64,000 bases of DNA from Chloroflexota bacterium (GCA_965221905.1 OZ244922.1:2880001-2944000), one strand, 5' to 3'. Numbered from the stretch's first letter, positions 49,458 through 61,552 are shown. Notes: generated by a model from the letters alone, not told the origin. Translations and numbers: made by a program.

Positions 49458-50927
49458 GTGGCGGATCTCCCACAAGGTGAGCTAAGACTCGGTGTCGGCG
49501 CCGAGCGCATCAACCCGCCTCTTGGCGTGCCGCTGCCGTTAGCCTATTCCGGCGGCGGCTCACCGGTTGCAGTAGAGGGCAGGTACGATGACTGCTGGGC
49601 GCGGGCGCTGGTGCTGGAGCAGGGGGAAACCCGCCTAGCAGTCGTTGCGGTTGACCTCTGCACCATGCGCGACGACCAGTACCAAGCGATAGTCGACCGC
49701 ATCGCCGCCCGCTGCCGGATTCCTGACGAAAACATTCTTATTGCGTGCACGCACAATCATTCCAACGCGTCGCTCTTAGAACCGTTCGATGCGCCGCCCT
49801 CGCCATGGCAGGAAACCCTGAATGACCTGATCGTCTCTGCCGTCTATCAAGCATCCCGGAGTCTGGATCCGGTGTCTCGTATCCGCTTCGCTACGGCGAA
49901 GTACGGGCACGTCGCGCATAACCGGCGCGTGGTGCTGCCGGACGTCTGCGACGAAGTCGAAGTCGTGTGCATGCTCATCGGCGCTGAACCGAAATGGGAA
50001 GCCATTGTAGAGCGGTTGGCAGTCGCGCTAGGAACGACACGGGAACAGTTGGGCATCTCGAGCAAACCCATAGAGCCCCAAGGGATTGTAGACGATGATT
50101 TAAGACTGTTGACCTTCGAATCCGGCGAGGGCAAGACGCTAGCCAGCATCGTGAGTGCCGCGTGTCACCCGGTTACCCACAGCTTCGCCGACCGGCATAC
50201 GTGCGCCGACTACCCCGGTTATCTTGTAAGGCTTGTGGAGCATGAGTTGGGTGGGATGGGCCTCTTCCTGCAAGGCTGCAGCGGCGACGTGCGCCCGCGC
50301 TATCAGGAATCTGTATATTCGGAAGTAGAACGGGTAGGCCGACAGTTCGGCAGCGCATTGCTTCAGGCGGTGAGCAGGCTGCAGGACGCCAAGGGGCCGC
50401 ACGTTATCGGCGCTGTGAAGCAACAGATCGAGCTGCCGTTGAAGCAGTACCAAACGCGCGAACAGCAGCAGTCCCGACTTGATGAGCTGGAGCAAGCGCT
50501 GGGGGAGATGGCCCAAACTCCGGCAGCGAGCGCCGCAGTCATCCGGGAACGTTGGGCTGTGAATCAGGAATGCGCGTTTCTGCGCTACCAATTGCGGTGG
50601 GGGGATTTGGAAACCCGGCAGACAGACTTGAAACGACAAAGTGTCGGAGCGATGCTGCAGGCCGTTCGGTTGGGAAATGTACTCTTGCTCACCTCGCCCG
50701 CAGAGGTCTTTGCCGCGACGGGCATAGAACTCTCCGCCTGGGCGGCAGAACAGGGCTGGCAAGGCAGTATCGTCTCATCCTGCACGAACGGGTACATCAA
50801 CTACATCCCACCCCGCGCAGAGGCGGAGCGGGGCGGCTTCGAGCCAAGCTGTACTATGCTTGCTCCAGGCTCATGCGAACAGATGGTTGTCGCATTGGAG
50901 GCGCTGGAGCAGCAGCTCTCGGACTAG
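49458..50927 (+). CDS. Neutral/alkaline ceramidase N-terminal domain-like hydrolase
   Basis: ARALVL, IACTHNHS, HNRR, ACHP, ADYPG, FLQGCSGDV, PAEVF, YINYIP. Confidence 0.75.
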   Translation: MADLPQGELRLGVGAERINPPLGVPLPLAYSGGGSPVAVEGRYDDCWARALVLEQGETRLAVVAVDLCTMRDDQYQAIVDRIAARCRIPDENILIACTHNHSNASLLEPFDAPPSPWQETLNDLIVSAVYQASRSLDPVSRIRFATAKYGHVAHNRRVVLPDVCDEVEVVCMLIGAEPKWEAIVERLAVALGTTREQLGISSKPIEPQGIVDDDLRLLTFESGEGKTLASIVSAACHPVTHSFADRHTCADYPGYLVRLVEHELGGMGLFLQGCSGDVRPRYQESVYSEVERVGRQFGSALLQAVSRLQDAKGPHVIGAVKQQIELPLKQYQTREQQQSRLDELEQALGEMAQTPAASAAVIRERWAVNQECAFLRYQLRWGDLETRQTDLKRQSVGAMLQAVRLGNVLLLTSPAEVFAATGIELSAWAAEQGWQGSIVSSCTNGYINYIPPRAEAERGGFEPSCTMLAPGSCEQMVVALEALEQQLSD

Positions 50928-51032
50928 GCCGATCCCGGCTGATCCTCTTGAATTCTTGCAGTAACAGAGGAACACCGCATTCAGGAGACACGTTGGGTAA
51001 AGAGCCGCGGAATGTCCCTTCAATCCGAATGC

Positions 51033-51056
51033 AAAAGAGCGCCCAAATGGGCGCTC
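51033..51056 (-). terminator. Intrinsic terminator of ftsH
   Basis: Minus strand GAGCGCCCA-TT-TGGGCGCTC followed by TTTT. Confidence 0.7.
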
Positions 51057-51109
51057 CCTCATTCCCGTAGCACTACCGGGACCTGCCATCGGCCGGCCCA
51101 GCAGAAATT

Positions 51110-53071
51110 CTATGTCGCCATGCCCGGATAGGGTCGCGTGCGGGATTTATTGGCGCTATCGTCGCTGTCTTGCGGCGGTGAGGCCGGCTGTTGGTCTTCA
51201 TTGTCCACAAGGGTACTTGCCGCCTGTGTATCCAGGTCATCGGAGGGTTCAGGCTTCTCTTCGAAGAAGGAACTGAAAGCCTTCCCGTCGAAGGTCTCCA
51301 CCTCCATCAACGTTTCGGCAATCTCCACGAGCTTGTCTTTGTTCTCGGTGAGTACGCTCGATGCCCTATCGTGGGCCTCCTGGATCAGGCCTTCGACTTC
51401 GCCATCGATATCTTGCGCAACGGCCTCGCTGTAGTTGCGCTGCTCTTGAATGTCGCGTCCCAAGAAAATCAGTTCTTCCTTACGGCCGAACGCGCGGGGG
51501 CCAAGCTTCTCGCTCATGCCGTATTCCATCACCATACGTCGCGCCAAGCTGGTGGCCATCTCGATATCGTTGGAAGCTCCGGTGGTCATCTCGCCAAAGA
51601 CCAGCACCTCAGCCGCGTATCCACCGAGGGCAAACGCTATCTGCTGCCTAAATTGGGAACGCGTCCAAAGGTGGCGGTCTTCCGGCGGGAGAACCCGCGT
51701 GTATCCACCGGCACGACCCCGTGCCACGATGGAAATCTTGTGTACCGGGTCGACGTCCGGCAGCAATTGCGCCACCAGAGCGTGGCCCACCTCATGGAAC
51801 GCCGTGACTTTCTTCTCGCGAGGGCTGATGATGCGACTGCGCCGTTCCGGCCCGGCAAGCACGCGCTCGACGGCTTCTTCAACCTCTTCCTGGCTGATGG
51901 CCTTCTTATTGCGTCTCGCGGCCAGCAACGCCGCCTCATTGAGCAAATTCTTCAGGTCTGCACCGGAAAAGCCTGGCGTTTGTCGCGCAATGGTCTCCAA
52001 ATTCAAGTCTTCCGCCAGCGGCTTGTCCTTGCCATAGAGTTGCAGAATGTGCTCGCGGCCCCTCACGTCGGGGCGGTCAAGGACCACCTGCCGGTCGAAG
52101 CGGCCAGGGCGCAGGAGGGCAGGGTCCAGCACGTCGGGGCGGTTTGTCGCCGCCAGCACGATCACGTTGACACTGCTCTCGAAGCCATCCATCTCCACGA
52201 GAATTTGGTTAAGGGTTTGTTCGCGCTCGTCGTGGCTACCGCCCAGCCCGGCGCCGCGTTGCCGACCAACGGCGTCGATTTCGTCAATGAAGACGATGCA
52301 GGGCGCGTTGCGTTTGGCTTGGTCGAAAAGGTCGCGCACCCGCGAGGCGCCGACGCCAACGAACATTTCGACGAATTCCGAACCGCTAATACTGAAGAAC
52401 GGCACGCCTGCCTCACCGGCTACGGCCCGGGAAATATGCGTCTTGCCGGTTCCGGGCGGTCCCACGAGCAGTACGCCTTTAGGAATCTGCGCGCCTAACG
52501 CCTGGAAGCGCTCAGGATACTTGAGGAACGCCACAACCTCTTGCAGTTCCTCTTTTGCCTCCTCCACACCAGCCACTTCTGCAAATGTGATGGTTGGGTT
52601 GTTGCTCTTGAAGACTCTGGCTTTGCTCTTGCCAAACGAGAGAGCCTGATTATTCGAGCCCTGCGCCTGGCGCATCATGAGCAGCAGAATTCCGCCAAAG
52701 ATGAGAATAGGAAGGAAGGTGCCGATAATGGGAAGGAAATTGCTGAATTGGCTGGGCTCTTGCACCGACACGTCGACTTGATCGTAACCGACGCCGCTGT
52801 TGTGCAGTGCCTCAAGAATGTCAAACTGTTCCCACTTGAGAGTGGTGACCCGCCTTTCGCCAATCTCAGCTATGAGGCGGTTGTCTGAAATTATAACGTG
52901 CGGGAGCTCGCTGCTTGTCCACGCGGCATCCTGGACAATAGCAATGAATTCGGATAGGGAAACTTTAGTATTCTCGCGCGGCTCCGGAGCAAACAGGGTA
53001 AAGATGATAGCCAGAATCGCTACCGTGATGACCAGGTAGACGAAACCATTCTTCAACCACTTATTATCCAC
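51110..53071 (-). CDS. ftsH: ATP-dependent zinc metalloprotease FtsH
   Basis: Two TM segments, [45 protein letters not shown]. Confidence 0.97.
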   Translation of the reverse strand: MDNKWLKNGFVYLVITVAILAIIFTLFAPEPRENTKVSLSEFIAIVQDAAWTSSELPHVIISDNRLIAEIGERRVTTLKWEQFDILEALHNSGVGYDQVDVSVQEPSQFSNFLPIIGTFLPILIFGGILLLMMRQAQGSNNQALSFGKSKARVFKSNNPTITFAEVAGVEEAKEELQEVVAFLKYPERFQALGAQIPKGVLLVGPPGTGKTHISRAVAGEAGVPFFSISGSEFVEMFVGVGASRVRDLFDQAKRNAPCIVFIDEIDAVGRQRGAGLGGSHDEREQTLNQILVEMDGFESSVNVIVLAATNRPDVLDPALLRPGRFDRQVVLDRPDVRGREHILQLYGKDKPLAEDLNLETIARQTPGFSGADLKNLLNEAALLAARRNKKAISQEEVEEAVERVLAGPERRSRIISPREKKVTAFHEVGHALVAQLLPDVDPVHKISIVARGRAGGYTRVLPPEDRHLWTRSQFRQQIAFALGGYAAEVLVFGEMTTGASNDIEMATSLARRMVMEYGMSEKLGPRAFGRKEELIFLGRDIQEQRNYSEAVAQDIDGEVEGLIQEAHDRASSVLTENKDKLVEIAETLMEVETFDGKAFSSFFEEKPEPSDDLDTQAASTLVDNEDQQPASPPQDSDDSANKSRTRPYPGMAT

Positions 53072-53143
53072 TACGCTCTCCCTAAATCAGACGCTCTGTA
53101 TAGGACAACGTTCGCTATATTTCATTATGTGGTCGCCACGCTC

Positions 53144-53152
53144 ATTATACCA
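53144..53152 (-). promoter_or_regulatory. Extended -10 promoter element for ftsH
   Basis: Minus strand TGGTATAAT about 70 nt upstream of the start. Confidence 0.5.
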
Positions 53153-53469
53153 TACCGCTTTGCGCACAAATTCACCTACGTGCCTCTCGTTTTGCGCCGT
53201 CCTTTAGTACCTGCCGGGCGGCGGAACTGTCAGTCACGCTCTTTGCTTTAGGTCAGTTCTTGGTTGCGGAGCTCTGCGCCGCGAGATTCCAATCAATTGA
53301 GAGAAGCCTATACATTCTGACTTGCCCCTGCGCTAAACATGAACCAATGTACGTCGCAGTGCTAGTTTAGAGAGTTAGGGCTTTAGGCATGCTTGAAAGG
53401 AGGGTTACGCGCCCAATGAAAAGCAGACTTGAGGTATCGCATCATCGACATGATGTCAAATCAAGACAT

Positions 53470-55371
53470 CTATGTCGATGGTACAGTACTTGGCTTGCCG
53501 GCGGTTTCCTCAACTTCCATGCCTGAGGTGACACCGGTTGTGTAGAGATCGGCATAGAATCCCCTTGCTGCCAGCAAGTCTTCGTGCACACCGCGCTCAA
53601 CGATCTTCCCGTCGCGCAGCACGAGGATGTTGTCTGCGTTCTTGATGGTTGAGAGGCGGTGGGCAATGACGAACGCCGTGCGTCCTTGCAGGAGGGTAGC
53701 AAGGGCACGCTGGATGAGGATTTCTGTGTGGGCGTCGACACTGCTCGTCGCCTCATCGAGAATCAGGATGTGCGGATCGATGAGCAGCGCGCGGGCAAAG
53801 CAGATCAACTGCCGTTGCCCGACGGAGAGTCTTCCGCCTCGCTCCATCACCGCAGTTTCGTAGCCATCCGGCAGACGTTGGATGAAGCCATCGATCCCCA
53901 CGGTTCGCGCCGCTGACTCAACCTCTTCCATGCTGGCCTCGGGCTTACCGTAGCGGATGTTTTCCAAAATCGAGCCGGAAAAGAGGAAACTATCTTGGAG
54001 CACCATACCAACTTGGCGGCGCAGCGAACCAATCTGCACGTCCCGCAAGTCGTGGCCGTCAATTACGATACGCCCTTGCTGCACGTCGTAGAAGCGCATC
54101 AGAAGATTTACGATGGACGTCTTGCCCGCGCCGGTGGGGCCCACGAGCGCTATCGTCTCGCCCGGCTTCGCTTCCAAGTTGATCTCTGAAAGCACCGGTT
54201 GCTCAGGATCGTAGCCAAACGTCACGTCTTGGAAACGCACGTGACCGTCCACTACCGCCAGCGCCAACGCGTCCGGTTTGTCGACAATCTCGGGGTCGGT
54301 ATCGAGCAAGGCAAAGATGCGCTCGCCGCCCGCCATCGCTTGCTGGAGGTTGGTGTACCAGGCCGAAATCTCACGGATGGGATTGAAAAATTGCTGGACG
54401 TATGAAAGAAACGCCACCAAGACTCCGATACTGATTGCTCCATTCAGCACGCGATATCCGCCATAGACAATCACCAAACCGATAGCCAGCGCAGTGACGA
54501 GCTCCACCGCCGGCGGGAACGCCGCCATAACGCGCGCCGCCCGTACCGAGGCGTCGAGATTCTCACGGTTGGTGCCCTGAAATTGACGGTAGTTGAGATC
54601 CTCGCGCGTAAAGGATTGGGCAACGCGCACACCACTGATGTTCTCTTGCAGATTCGCGTAGACCTTGCCGACTCTGTGCCGTACCTCACGAAACCGGCTC
54701 CGCGCTTGGCCACTGAATATGCGCGTAATCAAAAACATGATCGGCAACACCACGAACGTAGCGAGCGAGAGCATGGGATCCAAAATCACCATGACACCAA
54801 GAATGAGGCCGAGACCCAACAGATCGGCCACGAGCGTCATAGTGCCCTGGGAGAAGGCATTGTTGAGGGCGTTCACGTCGCTCGTAACGCGGGCAATGAT
54901 CACGCCGATTTCATTGCTATCGAAGTAACGAAATGAGAGCTTCTGCAGGTGGGTAACGACCTGTACCCGGAGGGCGTGCAGCATGCGCTGCGATATGGCC
55001 GCGATCATGGCGCCGTGCGTATAGGAAGCCACACCCATGACTATAAGGCTAAGTAAATAGAAGACTGCCGCAAATGCCAGCATGCGTGTGTCTTCTTTGA
55101 CAATGCCGTCGTCGATTGCAATTTTTATTAGGAGTGGCCCAGCCATAGTTGCACACGACGTAACCAGCACGAGAAAGATGGCCACGAAGAGCTGTCCGCG
55201 ATGAGGTACAAGATACGGCAGCATGCGCTTGACGACGTTCTGGTCGAAGAGCTTGGCGTCCGGGTCGAGTTCGGCAAACTCGTCGCCGCCTCGCCAACTG
55301 CTGCTTCCCCGCGACCCCATACTGCCGCCGCCGCGCCAGCCGCCGCCCATGTCGGAGCCACCGCTTATCAT
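53470..55371 (-). CDS. ABC exporter, fused permease/ATPase (heterodimer subunit B, degenerate signature)
   Basis: TM domain plus GPTGAGKT, LSVGQRQ, ILDEATS, IAHRLST. Confidence 0.92.
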   Translation of the reverse strand: MISGGSDMGGGWRGGGSMGSRGSSSWRGGDEFAELDPDAKLFDQNVVKRMLPYLVPHRGQLFVAIFLVLVTSCATMAGPLLIKIAIDDGIVKEDTRMLAFAAVFYLLSLIVMGVASYTHGAMIAAISQRMLHALRVQVVTHLQKLSFRYFDSNEIGVIIARVTSDVNALNNAFSQGTMTLVADLLGLGLILGVMVILDPMLSLATFVVLPIMFLITRIFSGQARSRFREVRHRVGKVYANLQENISGVRVAQSFTREDLNYRQFQGTNRENLDASVRAARVMAAFPPAVELVTALAIGLVIVYGGYRVLNGAISIGVLVAFLSYVQQFFNPIREISAWYTNLQQAMAGGERIFALLDTDPEIVDKPDALALAVVDGHVRFQDVTFGYDPEQPVLSEINLEAKPGETIALVGPTGAGKTSIVNLLMRFYDVQQGRIVIDGHDLRDVQIGSLRRQVGMVLQDSFLFSGSILENIRYGKPEASMEEVESAARTVGIDGFIQRLPDGYETAVMERGGRLSVGQRQLICFARALLIDPHILILDEATSSVDAHTEILIQRALATLLQGRTAFVIAHRLSTIKNADNILVLRDGKIVERGVHEDLLAARGFYADLYTTGVTSGMEVEETAGKPSTVPST

Positions 55372-57260
55372 ACCGGCCTACCTCGGGGTGTCTCGGCGCT
55401 TTCTGCCACAACGACTGCCCCATCAAGGCTCAGGCCGTCCGTTTGTGCCGCGCGCTGCCGCTCCATGTGCTCTTCTTGCTCCTGCAATTGGTACACGTAC
55501 ATGTCGTGATAGAGGCCATCCTGTGTCACCAACTCTCCATGTGTACCTCGCTGCACTATCTGCCCTTCGTGTAGAACGACGATCTCCTGTGCCTCGCGCA
55601 CACTGGAAATTCGTTGCGCAACGATGAACGTCGTCCGTCCGCGCATGAGCTCCTTGAGTGCCTCCTGCAAGTCTGCTTCAGTCCGTGTATCAACCGCCGA
55701 CGTGGACTCATCGAGGACAAGGACGCGTGGGTCAAGCAAGAGTGCGCGCGCTATGGCGATACGCTGCTTCTGACCGCCGGAAAGGGTTACACCCCGCTCG
55801 CCGACGTGCGTCTCGTAGCCGTCCGGGATTTGCATGATGAAGTCATGGGCCTGCGCGGCCTTGGCGGCCGCTATGATGCCTTCCTCAGTCGCGTCCGGTC
55901 GCCCGTATGAAATATTTTCTCGAATCGATGCGGCGAAGAGGAACGTCTCCTGCGCCACCAAGCCGATGTGCTGCCGCAGCGCCCGGAAGGTAAGGTCGCG
56001 GATGTCGTATCCATCCAACGTTATTCGTCCGCCTGTCACGTCATAGAAGCGGGGTAACAGATTGATAATGGTGCTCTTGCCGGAACCGGTGCTGCCAACG
56101 ATACCAATTACCTCACCCGCCCTTGCCTCGATTGTAATGTCTTGGAGCACCGGTAAGCCGCTCGCCTTGTAAGAGACCGATTCGAACTTGACGTTTCCAG
56201 CTACTGAGGCCATGTCAATGGCATCGGGCTTCTCCTCGATCTCTGATTGGGTATCGAGAATCTCAAAGATGCGCTCGCCTGCCGCGACTGCTCGCGCGTA
56301 GGTATTAATCGTCATGCCCAGCATCCGGATCGGGCGCTGGAGCATCATGAGGTAGGCACTGAACTCCACCATGGTGCCGAGCGATATCGTACGATCAATG
56401 ACTTGCAGGCCCCCGTACCAGACCACCGCAGTAGTCCCGATTCCGGCAATGAACTGGAGCAGCGGGTTGCGCATGGCAAAGAGTTCCATGGTCTTTGACG
56501 TAGCAACCGCCAGTCGGTCCGAGCTGTAAAGGAACTTGGCGGTTTCCTGATCTTCCTGGGCGAATGCCCGCACCACCCGCATACCGGAGAGGTCTTCCTG
56601 CAAGACGGTACTGAGCTGCGCTGTCTCCTGTTGCACCCGGCTGAACATCGGCCGCAGTTGGCGCGCAAAGAGCACGGCAATCACGAAGAGCACCGGCATC
56701 GTCGCCAGGGAAAGAAGCGCTAACTTCCAGTTTATCAATAGTAGAACGACAAGCACCGCCACGAACGTCAGCAGCATGAGGGCGCCGTTTATAAGGCCTT
56801 GCGAGACGAAGAAGCGGATCTGCTCCACGTCGCTCGTCGCCCGCGACATGAGCTGTCCGGTTTGGGAGCGATCGTGGTACGCAAAGGAGAGGCGCTGATA
56901 CTGGTTGAAGATGCGGTTGCGCAAGTCGAAGCAAACGCGCTGCGAAAGGTATTCGCCCACGAACACCTGTGAAAACGTAAAAACGCCCTTAACAAGCGTA
57001 GCAGCAAGGATTAGACCGGCGAAGAAGAGGAGCGGCTGTATCTGTTCGAGCACGGATGTGCCGTCGACGGCCTCAATAACCGAACCGGCGAAAATGTAAA
57101 AGTCTTTTTCAACCGCTTCGACAACGACATTAACGACATTGCCGAACAGGCGCGGGATTACGAGACTGAGGAGGGCACTGCCGGCCAGGGCGCCGTAAGC
57201 AAGGAAGGCGAGCTTCCGGTAGCGCCACGTGTAGAAGAAAAGTCGTCGCAGCGTATCCAT
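55368..57260 (-). CDS. ABC exporter, fused permease/ATPase (heterodimer subunit A)
   Basis: GSTGSGKS, LSGGQKQR, LDESTS, AQRISS (Q at the His switch, as in TM287/288-type heterodimers); ATGA overlap with subunit B. Confidence 0.92.
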   Translation of the reverse strand: MDTLRRLFFYTWRYRKLAFLAYGALAGSALLSLVIPRLFGNVVNVVVEAVEKDFYIFAGSVIEAVDGTSVLEQIQPLLFFAGLILAATLVKGVFTFSQVFVGEYLSQRVCFDLRNRIFNQYQRLSFAYHDRSQTGQLMSRATSDVEQIRFFVSQGLINGALMLLTFVAVLVVLLLINWKLALLSLATMPVLFVIAVLFARQLRPMFSRVQQETAQLSTVLQEDLSGMRVVRAFAQEDQETAKFLYSSDRLAVATSKTMELFAMRNPLLQFIAGIGTTAVVWYGGLQVIDRTISLGTMVEFSAYLMMLQRPIRMLGMTINTYARAVAAGERIFEILDTQSEIEEKPDAIDMASVAGNVKFESVSYKASGLPVLQDITIEARAGEVIGIVGSTGSGKSTIINLLPRFYDVTGGRITLDGYDIRDLTFRALRQHIGLVAQETFLFAASIRENISYGRPDATEEGIIAAAKAAQAHDFIMQIPDGYETHVGERGVTLSGGQKQRIAIARALLLDPRVLVLDESTSAVDTRTEADLQEALKELMRGRTTFIVAQRISSVREAQEIVVLHEGQIVQRGTHGELVTQDGLYHDMYVYQLQEQEEHMERQRAAQTDGLSLDGAVVVAESAETPRGRPV

Positions 57261-57581
57261 ATTCGGCTGCCCTACACCTCCTCTTCTCTACATGCCATCT
57301 TCGCGTCTGCGCGCAATTCTCGCGTCTGCGCGACGTTCTCTCGCGGTGCTGTACTCCTAGCTGACGGAGAATGGTAGGCTGTACTCGCACGTTTACGTTA
57401 ATGTAGATGCTAGCACGCGCGGTATTGCCAGTCAACCAACTTTCTTCAAAGGGGCTCTCCGCATCCCCCAGCGAGCTCTTGCGTTTGGCGATACCAAGAG
57501 ATCGGGCCGACGCCTTTACGTGGTGGCACGCCAGTTGTGGTCCATTTCCGCCAGCGAGCCACCATTAAGAGTCTCTATCAT

Positions 57582-58397
57582 CTATTCCTGGCATCGGGGA
57601 CAAACATGGGTGCCGCGTTGCGCAACGACGATGCGCTCGATAGGCGCGCCGCAATCAAGGCACGGCTCACCCGTCCGACGGTAGACCGCCAGGTGCTCAC
57701 GGTGGCGGCCCGGCTTACCCTCAGCATCACAATAGACGGCGTCGAAGGTGGTACCCCCGTTTGCAATCGCCGCGCGCAGTATGCGGCGCGTCGTCTCAAG
57801 AAGCCCGGTGACCTCATCCCTATTGAGCGAATCGGCCGGACGGCGGGGATGGAGCTTGCAGGCGAAGAGCACTTCATCCACGTAGATGTTGCCCAGACCC
57901 GCAATGAAGTGCTGATTGAGCAGGAGCGCCTTCAATGCGGTTGTGCGGCTTGCAAGGCGTTCCCGCAGGACGTCAGCCGTAAGCGACAAATCGAAGGGCT
58001 CCGGGCCAAGCGGGGCGAAGAGTTCTGCCAGGCGGGCATCGTCCACCAGCCAAATGCGGCCGAAGCGCCGCACGTCAAAGAAGCAAAGCACGTGTCCGGA
58101 TTCAAGATTCCACTGCGCGCGCAGGTAGCGAATGTCTTCCAACGGTCGCACGAGCCTGAGCCGGCCGCTCATCCGCAGATGCACAACCAGATTCAGGCCT
58201 TCAAGGGCAAACACCAGGTATTTCGCGCGGCGGTTGACCGCAACGATGCGCCGGCCCGGCAGCAGCGCTACGATCGCATCAGGGCCTGGCTCAGCCACAG
58301 CGTGGGGATCGAGCAGCGGCACCGCGGCAATAGCGTCCCCGCAAAGATGGGGCACGAGGCTGCGGCGAATGGTTTCAACTTCGGGAAGCTCAGGCAT
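57582..58397 (-). CDS. mutM: Formamidopyrimidine-DNA glycosylase
   Basis: MPELPEVE, RRAKYL, HLRMSG, DVRRFG, GLGNIYVDE, zinc finger CLDC...CPRCQ. Confidence 0.96.
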   Translation of the reverse strand: MPELPEVETIRRSLVPHLCGDAIAAVPLLDPHAVAEPGPDAIVALLPGRRIVAVNRRAKYLVFALEGLNLVVHLRMSGRLRLVRPLEDIRYLRAQWNLESGHVLCFFDVRRFGRIWLVDDARLAELFAPLGPEPFDLSLTADVLRERLASRTTALKALLLNQHFIAGLGNIYVDEVLFACKLHPRRPADSLNRDEVTGLLETTRRILRAAIANGGTTFDAVYCDAEGKPGRHREHLAVYRRTGEPCLDCGAPIERIVVAQRGTHVCPRCQE

Positions 58398-58495
58398 GAT
58401 AAGCCCGTCAGCTCTTCAACTTCTAGAACTCATCTCATAAAGACATAGCTCTGCGCAGACCTGCCCTTCGACAGGCTCAGAAACTGTCTTGGGTG

Positions 58496-59449
<954 letters not shown>

Positions 59450-59464
59450 CTATGGCTGGCGCTC

Positions 59465-59615
59465 CCATGCAGTCCCTGCCTTACGGATACGGACTTCATG
59501 TCCCGGTAACTGTTCGGGCTCTGGGGGAGCTCGGCAGGTGTGGCGACCACTCTGAGCCACGGTCTGCCAGACCTAGGACGAACCGGTCTGCCACGCCTGC
59601 TCCCATTCTATCTCC
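59465..59615 (-). ncRNA. Putative IS110 bridge RNA (ends approximate)
   Basis: Two stem/internal-loop modules: target guides GTTCGTCCT (59583-59575) and GGCTCAG (59558-59552); donor guides ACAGTTAC (59513-59506) and GTAAG (59484-59480). Confidence 0.82.
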
Positions 59616-59654
59616 CTTTTCCAAGATATAAGGGCGAACGGGAAAGTGAAAAAC

Positions 59655-59689
59655 CCGTTTCGTGCTTCGACAAGCTCAGCACGAAACGG
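59655..59689. repeat. CTTCGACA-GCTCA family palindromic repeat
   Basis: CCGTTTCGTGCT-TCGACAAGCTC-AGCACGAAACGG. Confidence 0.7.
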
Positions 59690-59791
59690 CATGTCGAATC
59701 TATTTATGAGATAGCTTCTAGTGAACCGCAAAACTCCCCCGACGACGGGAAGCGGGCGAAACGCGGCGCAGTGTCACGTTGCGAATAGCTG

Positions 59792-60391
59792 CTAGCGCAG
59801 GCGTTCGCCGGTAAGGCGAAGCTCTCCCGGTACGATCTCGACGCTCGTAACCCGTATCCCGTATTCCGTCCTGAAGAATGAATCGAGGATTTCGTTAACC
59901 TCAGCGGTGCCCTCCGCCATGTACGATTCTGGCACGGAGAAGAAGCCAAGTTTCCCCTTCACCATCGCAGCCTCTATCCTGCCATTGCGCACGACGAGGC
60001 GTCCGCTCACCTGGATCGTAGGACGGGGAGCACGCTGAAGCGTGCCTCGGATAAAGAAGGCGTCTCGCTTGAACGTAAGGACGACGTTCGTTACCCGCCC
60101 CTCATTGTTTACGGCGATGGCTTCTTCGATCTTTGGGATCAATTCGCGTTCGGTAAGTGTCAACATATATTGTCCCGGCGCTGGGGAGGGACACAGGAAC
60201 TCGGGCAGCGCCGGCGGATCCCATTGCGGCGGCAGACAAGACACCCACGTCGTCGTCACTTGCGGCTCGGGGCCGGACACCTGGGGTGTTTCTCTAGTCT
60301 CCGGCCCTTCTATCTCGCCGCCGCAGTGCACGAGGAACAGCATGCACGCGACAACGGCTAATCCTTTGGCTAATGATCGTATCCACCCCAT
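59792..60391 (-). CDS. Hypothetical lipoprotein, possibly LmeA/DUF2993-like
   Basis: LVHC lipobox-like signal; LTLTEREL...VTSVEIVPGELRLTG; paralog of upstream gene. Confidence 0.65.
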   Translation of the reverse strand: MGWIRSLAKGLAVVACMLFLVHCGGEIEGPETRETPQVSGPEPQVTTTWVSCLPPQWDPPALPEFLCPSPAPGQYMLTLTERELIPKIEEAIAVNNEGRVTNVVLTFKRDAFFIRGTLQRAPRPTIQVSGRLVVRNGRIEAAMVKGKLGFFSVPESYMAEGTAEVNEILDSFFRTEYGIRVTSVEIVPGELRLTGERLR

Positions 60392-60683
60392 AGCACAGCC
60401 CCTTGATACCCGGCATCACGTCCTCATTAATCCATGGTATAGAATCCACCGGCATTCGTGTCGGAAACGGAGCGCCGATGCATTGTGCTTTGCCGGCGCT
60501 GGCAGGACGGAAAGCCCCTGCGGCGATTTGGCTCATAGTGCAAACGGCGTGGAGGCGCGGGCTTTGCGTCTGCCGGTAGCGACTTAGAGTGAAAATCTCA
60601 TGTCTCGCGCATTCGCGTAGAGGTGCAAAAGCCATTGAATGCACACGTGCAAGAGACCCCTCCCGGCGTTCAGGAAATCGGCC

Positions 60684-61400
60684 CTACTGTTCGACGCGCT
60701 CACCCGTTACGACAATCTTGCCCGGCAAGATCTCAACACTCTCTATGCGTAGTCCACTTTCTGCACCGACTTCATCAGCCAGAAACTCGTTTGCCTGCAC
60801 TGTCAGAGGATCGAGCAATGCTTTCGGCATCACCAATGCGCCCAACCGAGCCTCCGTGAACTCGATCTGTACGGTCTCCTCGCTTACAACGAAGTGCCCC
60901 GTGGCCTGGATGTTGGCGCGAAACGGCGTCGTAATCGTGCCGCTTGCCACAAACGCGTCCTGCTCGAACGTGACGACCAAGTTAGACACCGGCGGACTAT
61001 CGACAGAAGCAATCACCTCGCCCAGCAGCGCGGTGAGGTCGCTATCGGTGACCTCTATGGTGAAGCGACCGGGCTCATCGGCCTGGCTGATGGCATCTTC
61101 CGCTCGCTGTATTGCCGCCGTTTCCTCTGTGCTTGCCGCTGAGGTCGCCGTCGCGGCTGGAGCCGGTGTCCCGGACTCACCCACGTCACTTTCGGTTGTT
61201 TGAGACGGCGCAGCCTCCCTTACAATCGTGACGGTCGGTGTCGGCTCAACGCTAAACCCAAAGAGCCTGCTCAGCCCCGGTATCTCCACCGCGCCAATCC
61301 CTGCGAGCAAGAACACACCTACAAGGAGAAGCACGATGAATAGGGTGAAAAACAGTACGGAAAGGGCCTTATAGACTTGCCACAAACATCCCATAGTCAC
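60684..61400 (-). CDS. Hypothetical membrane-anchored protein, possibly LmeA/DUF2993-like
   Basis: N-terminal TM helix, Ala/Thr/Pro linker, IEVTDSDLT...IESVEILPGKIVVTG. Confidence 0.68.
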   Translation of the reverse strand: MTMGCLWQVYKALSVLFFTLFIVLLLVGVFLLAGIGAVEIPGLSRLFGFSVEPTPTVTIVREAAPSQTTESDVGESGTPAPAATATSAASTEETAAIQRAEDAISQADEPGRFTIEVTDSDLTALLGEVIASVDSPPVSNLVVTFEQDAFVASGTITTPFRANIQATGHFVVSEETVQIEFTEARLGALVMPKALLDPLTVQANEFLADEVGAESGLRIESVEILPGKIVVTGERVEQ

Positions 61401-61552
61401 TATCCGGGTTCAGGAGTAGCCGCTCCTCCATGGTACAATACCGGCGACCTAGGATAGCAAATTCGTCTACGGCGGCCCCGGCAAGGCGCGAGTGCCTTGT
61501 GGGCAGGTAGGACGTACCCGCAACGCCTTTCGTAGGCGCTGCAAGTGCCGAA

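Noticed and set aside
51191-52498. 435 aa plus-strand ORF
   Set aside because: Antisense shadow of ftsH
58479-58480. Classical target-site duplication for the IS
   Set aside because: The repeated AG/CT is better explained as the shared recombination core of IS110 elements
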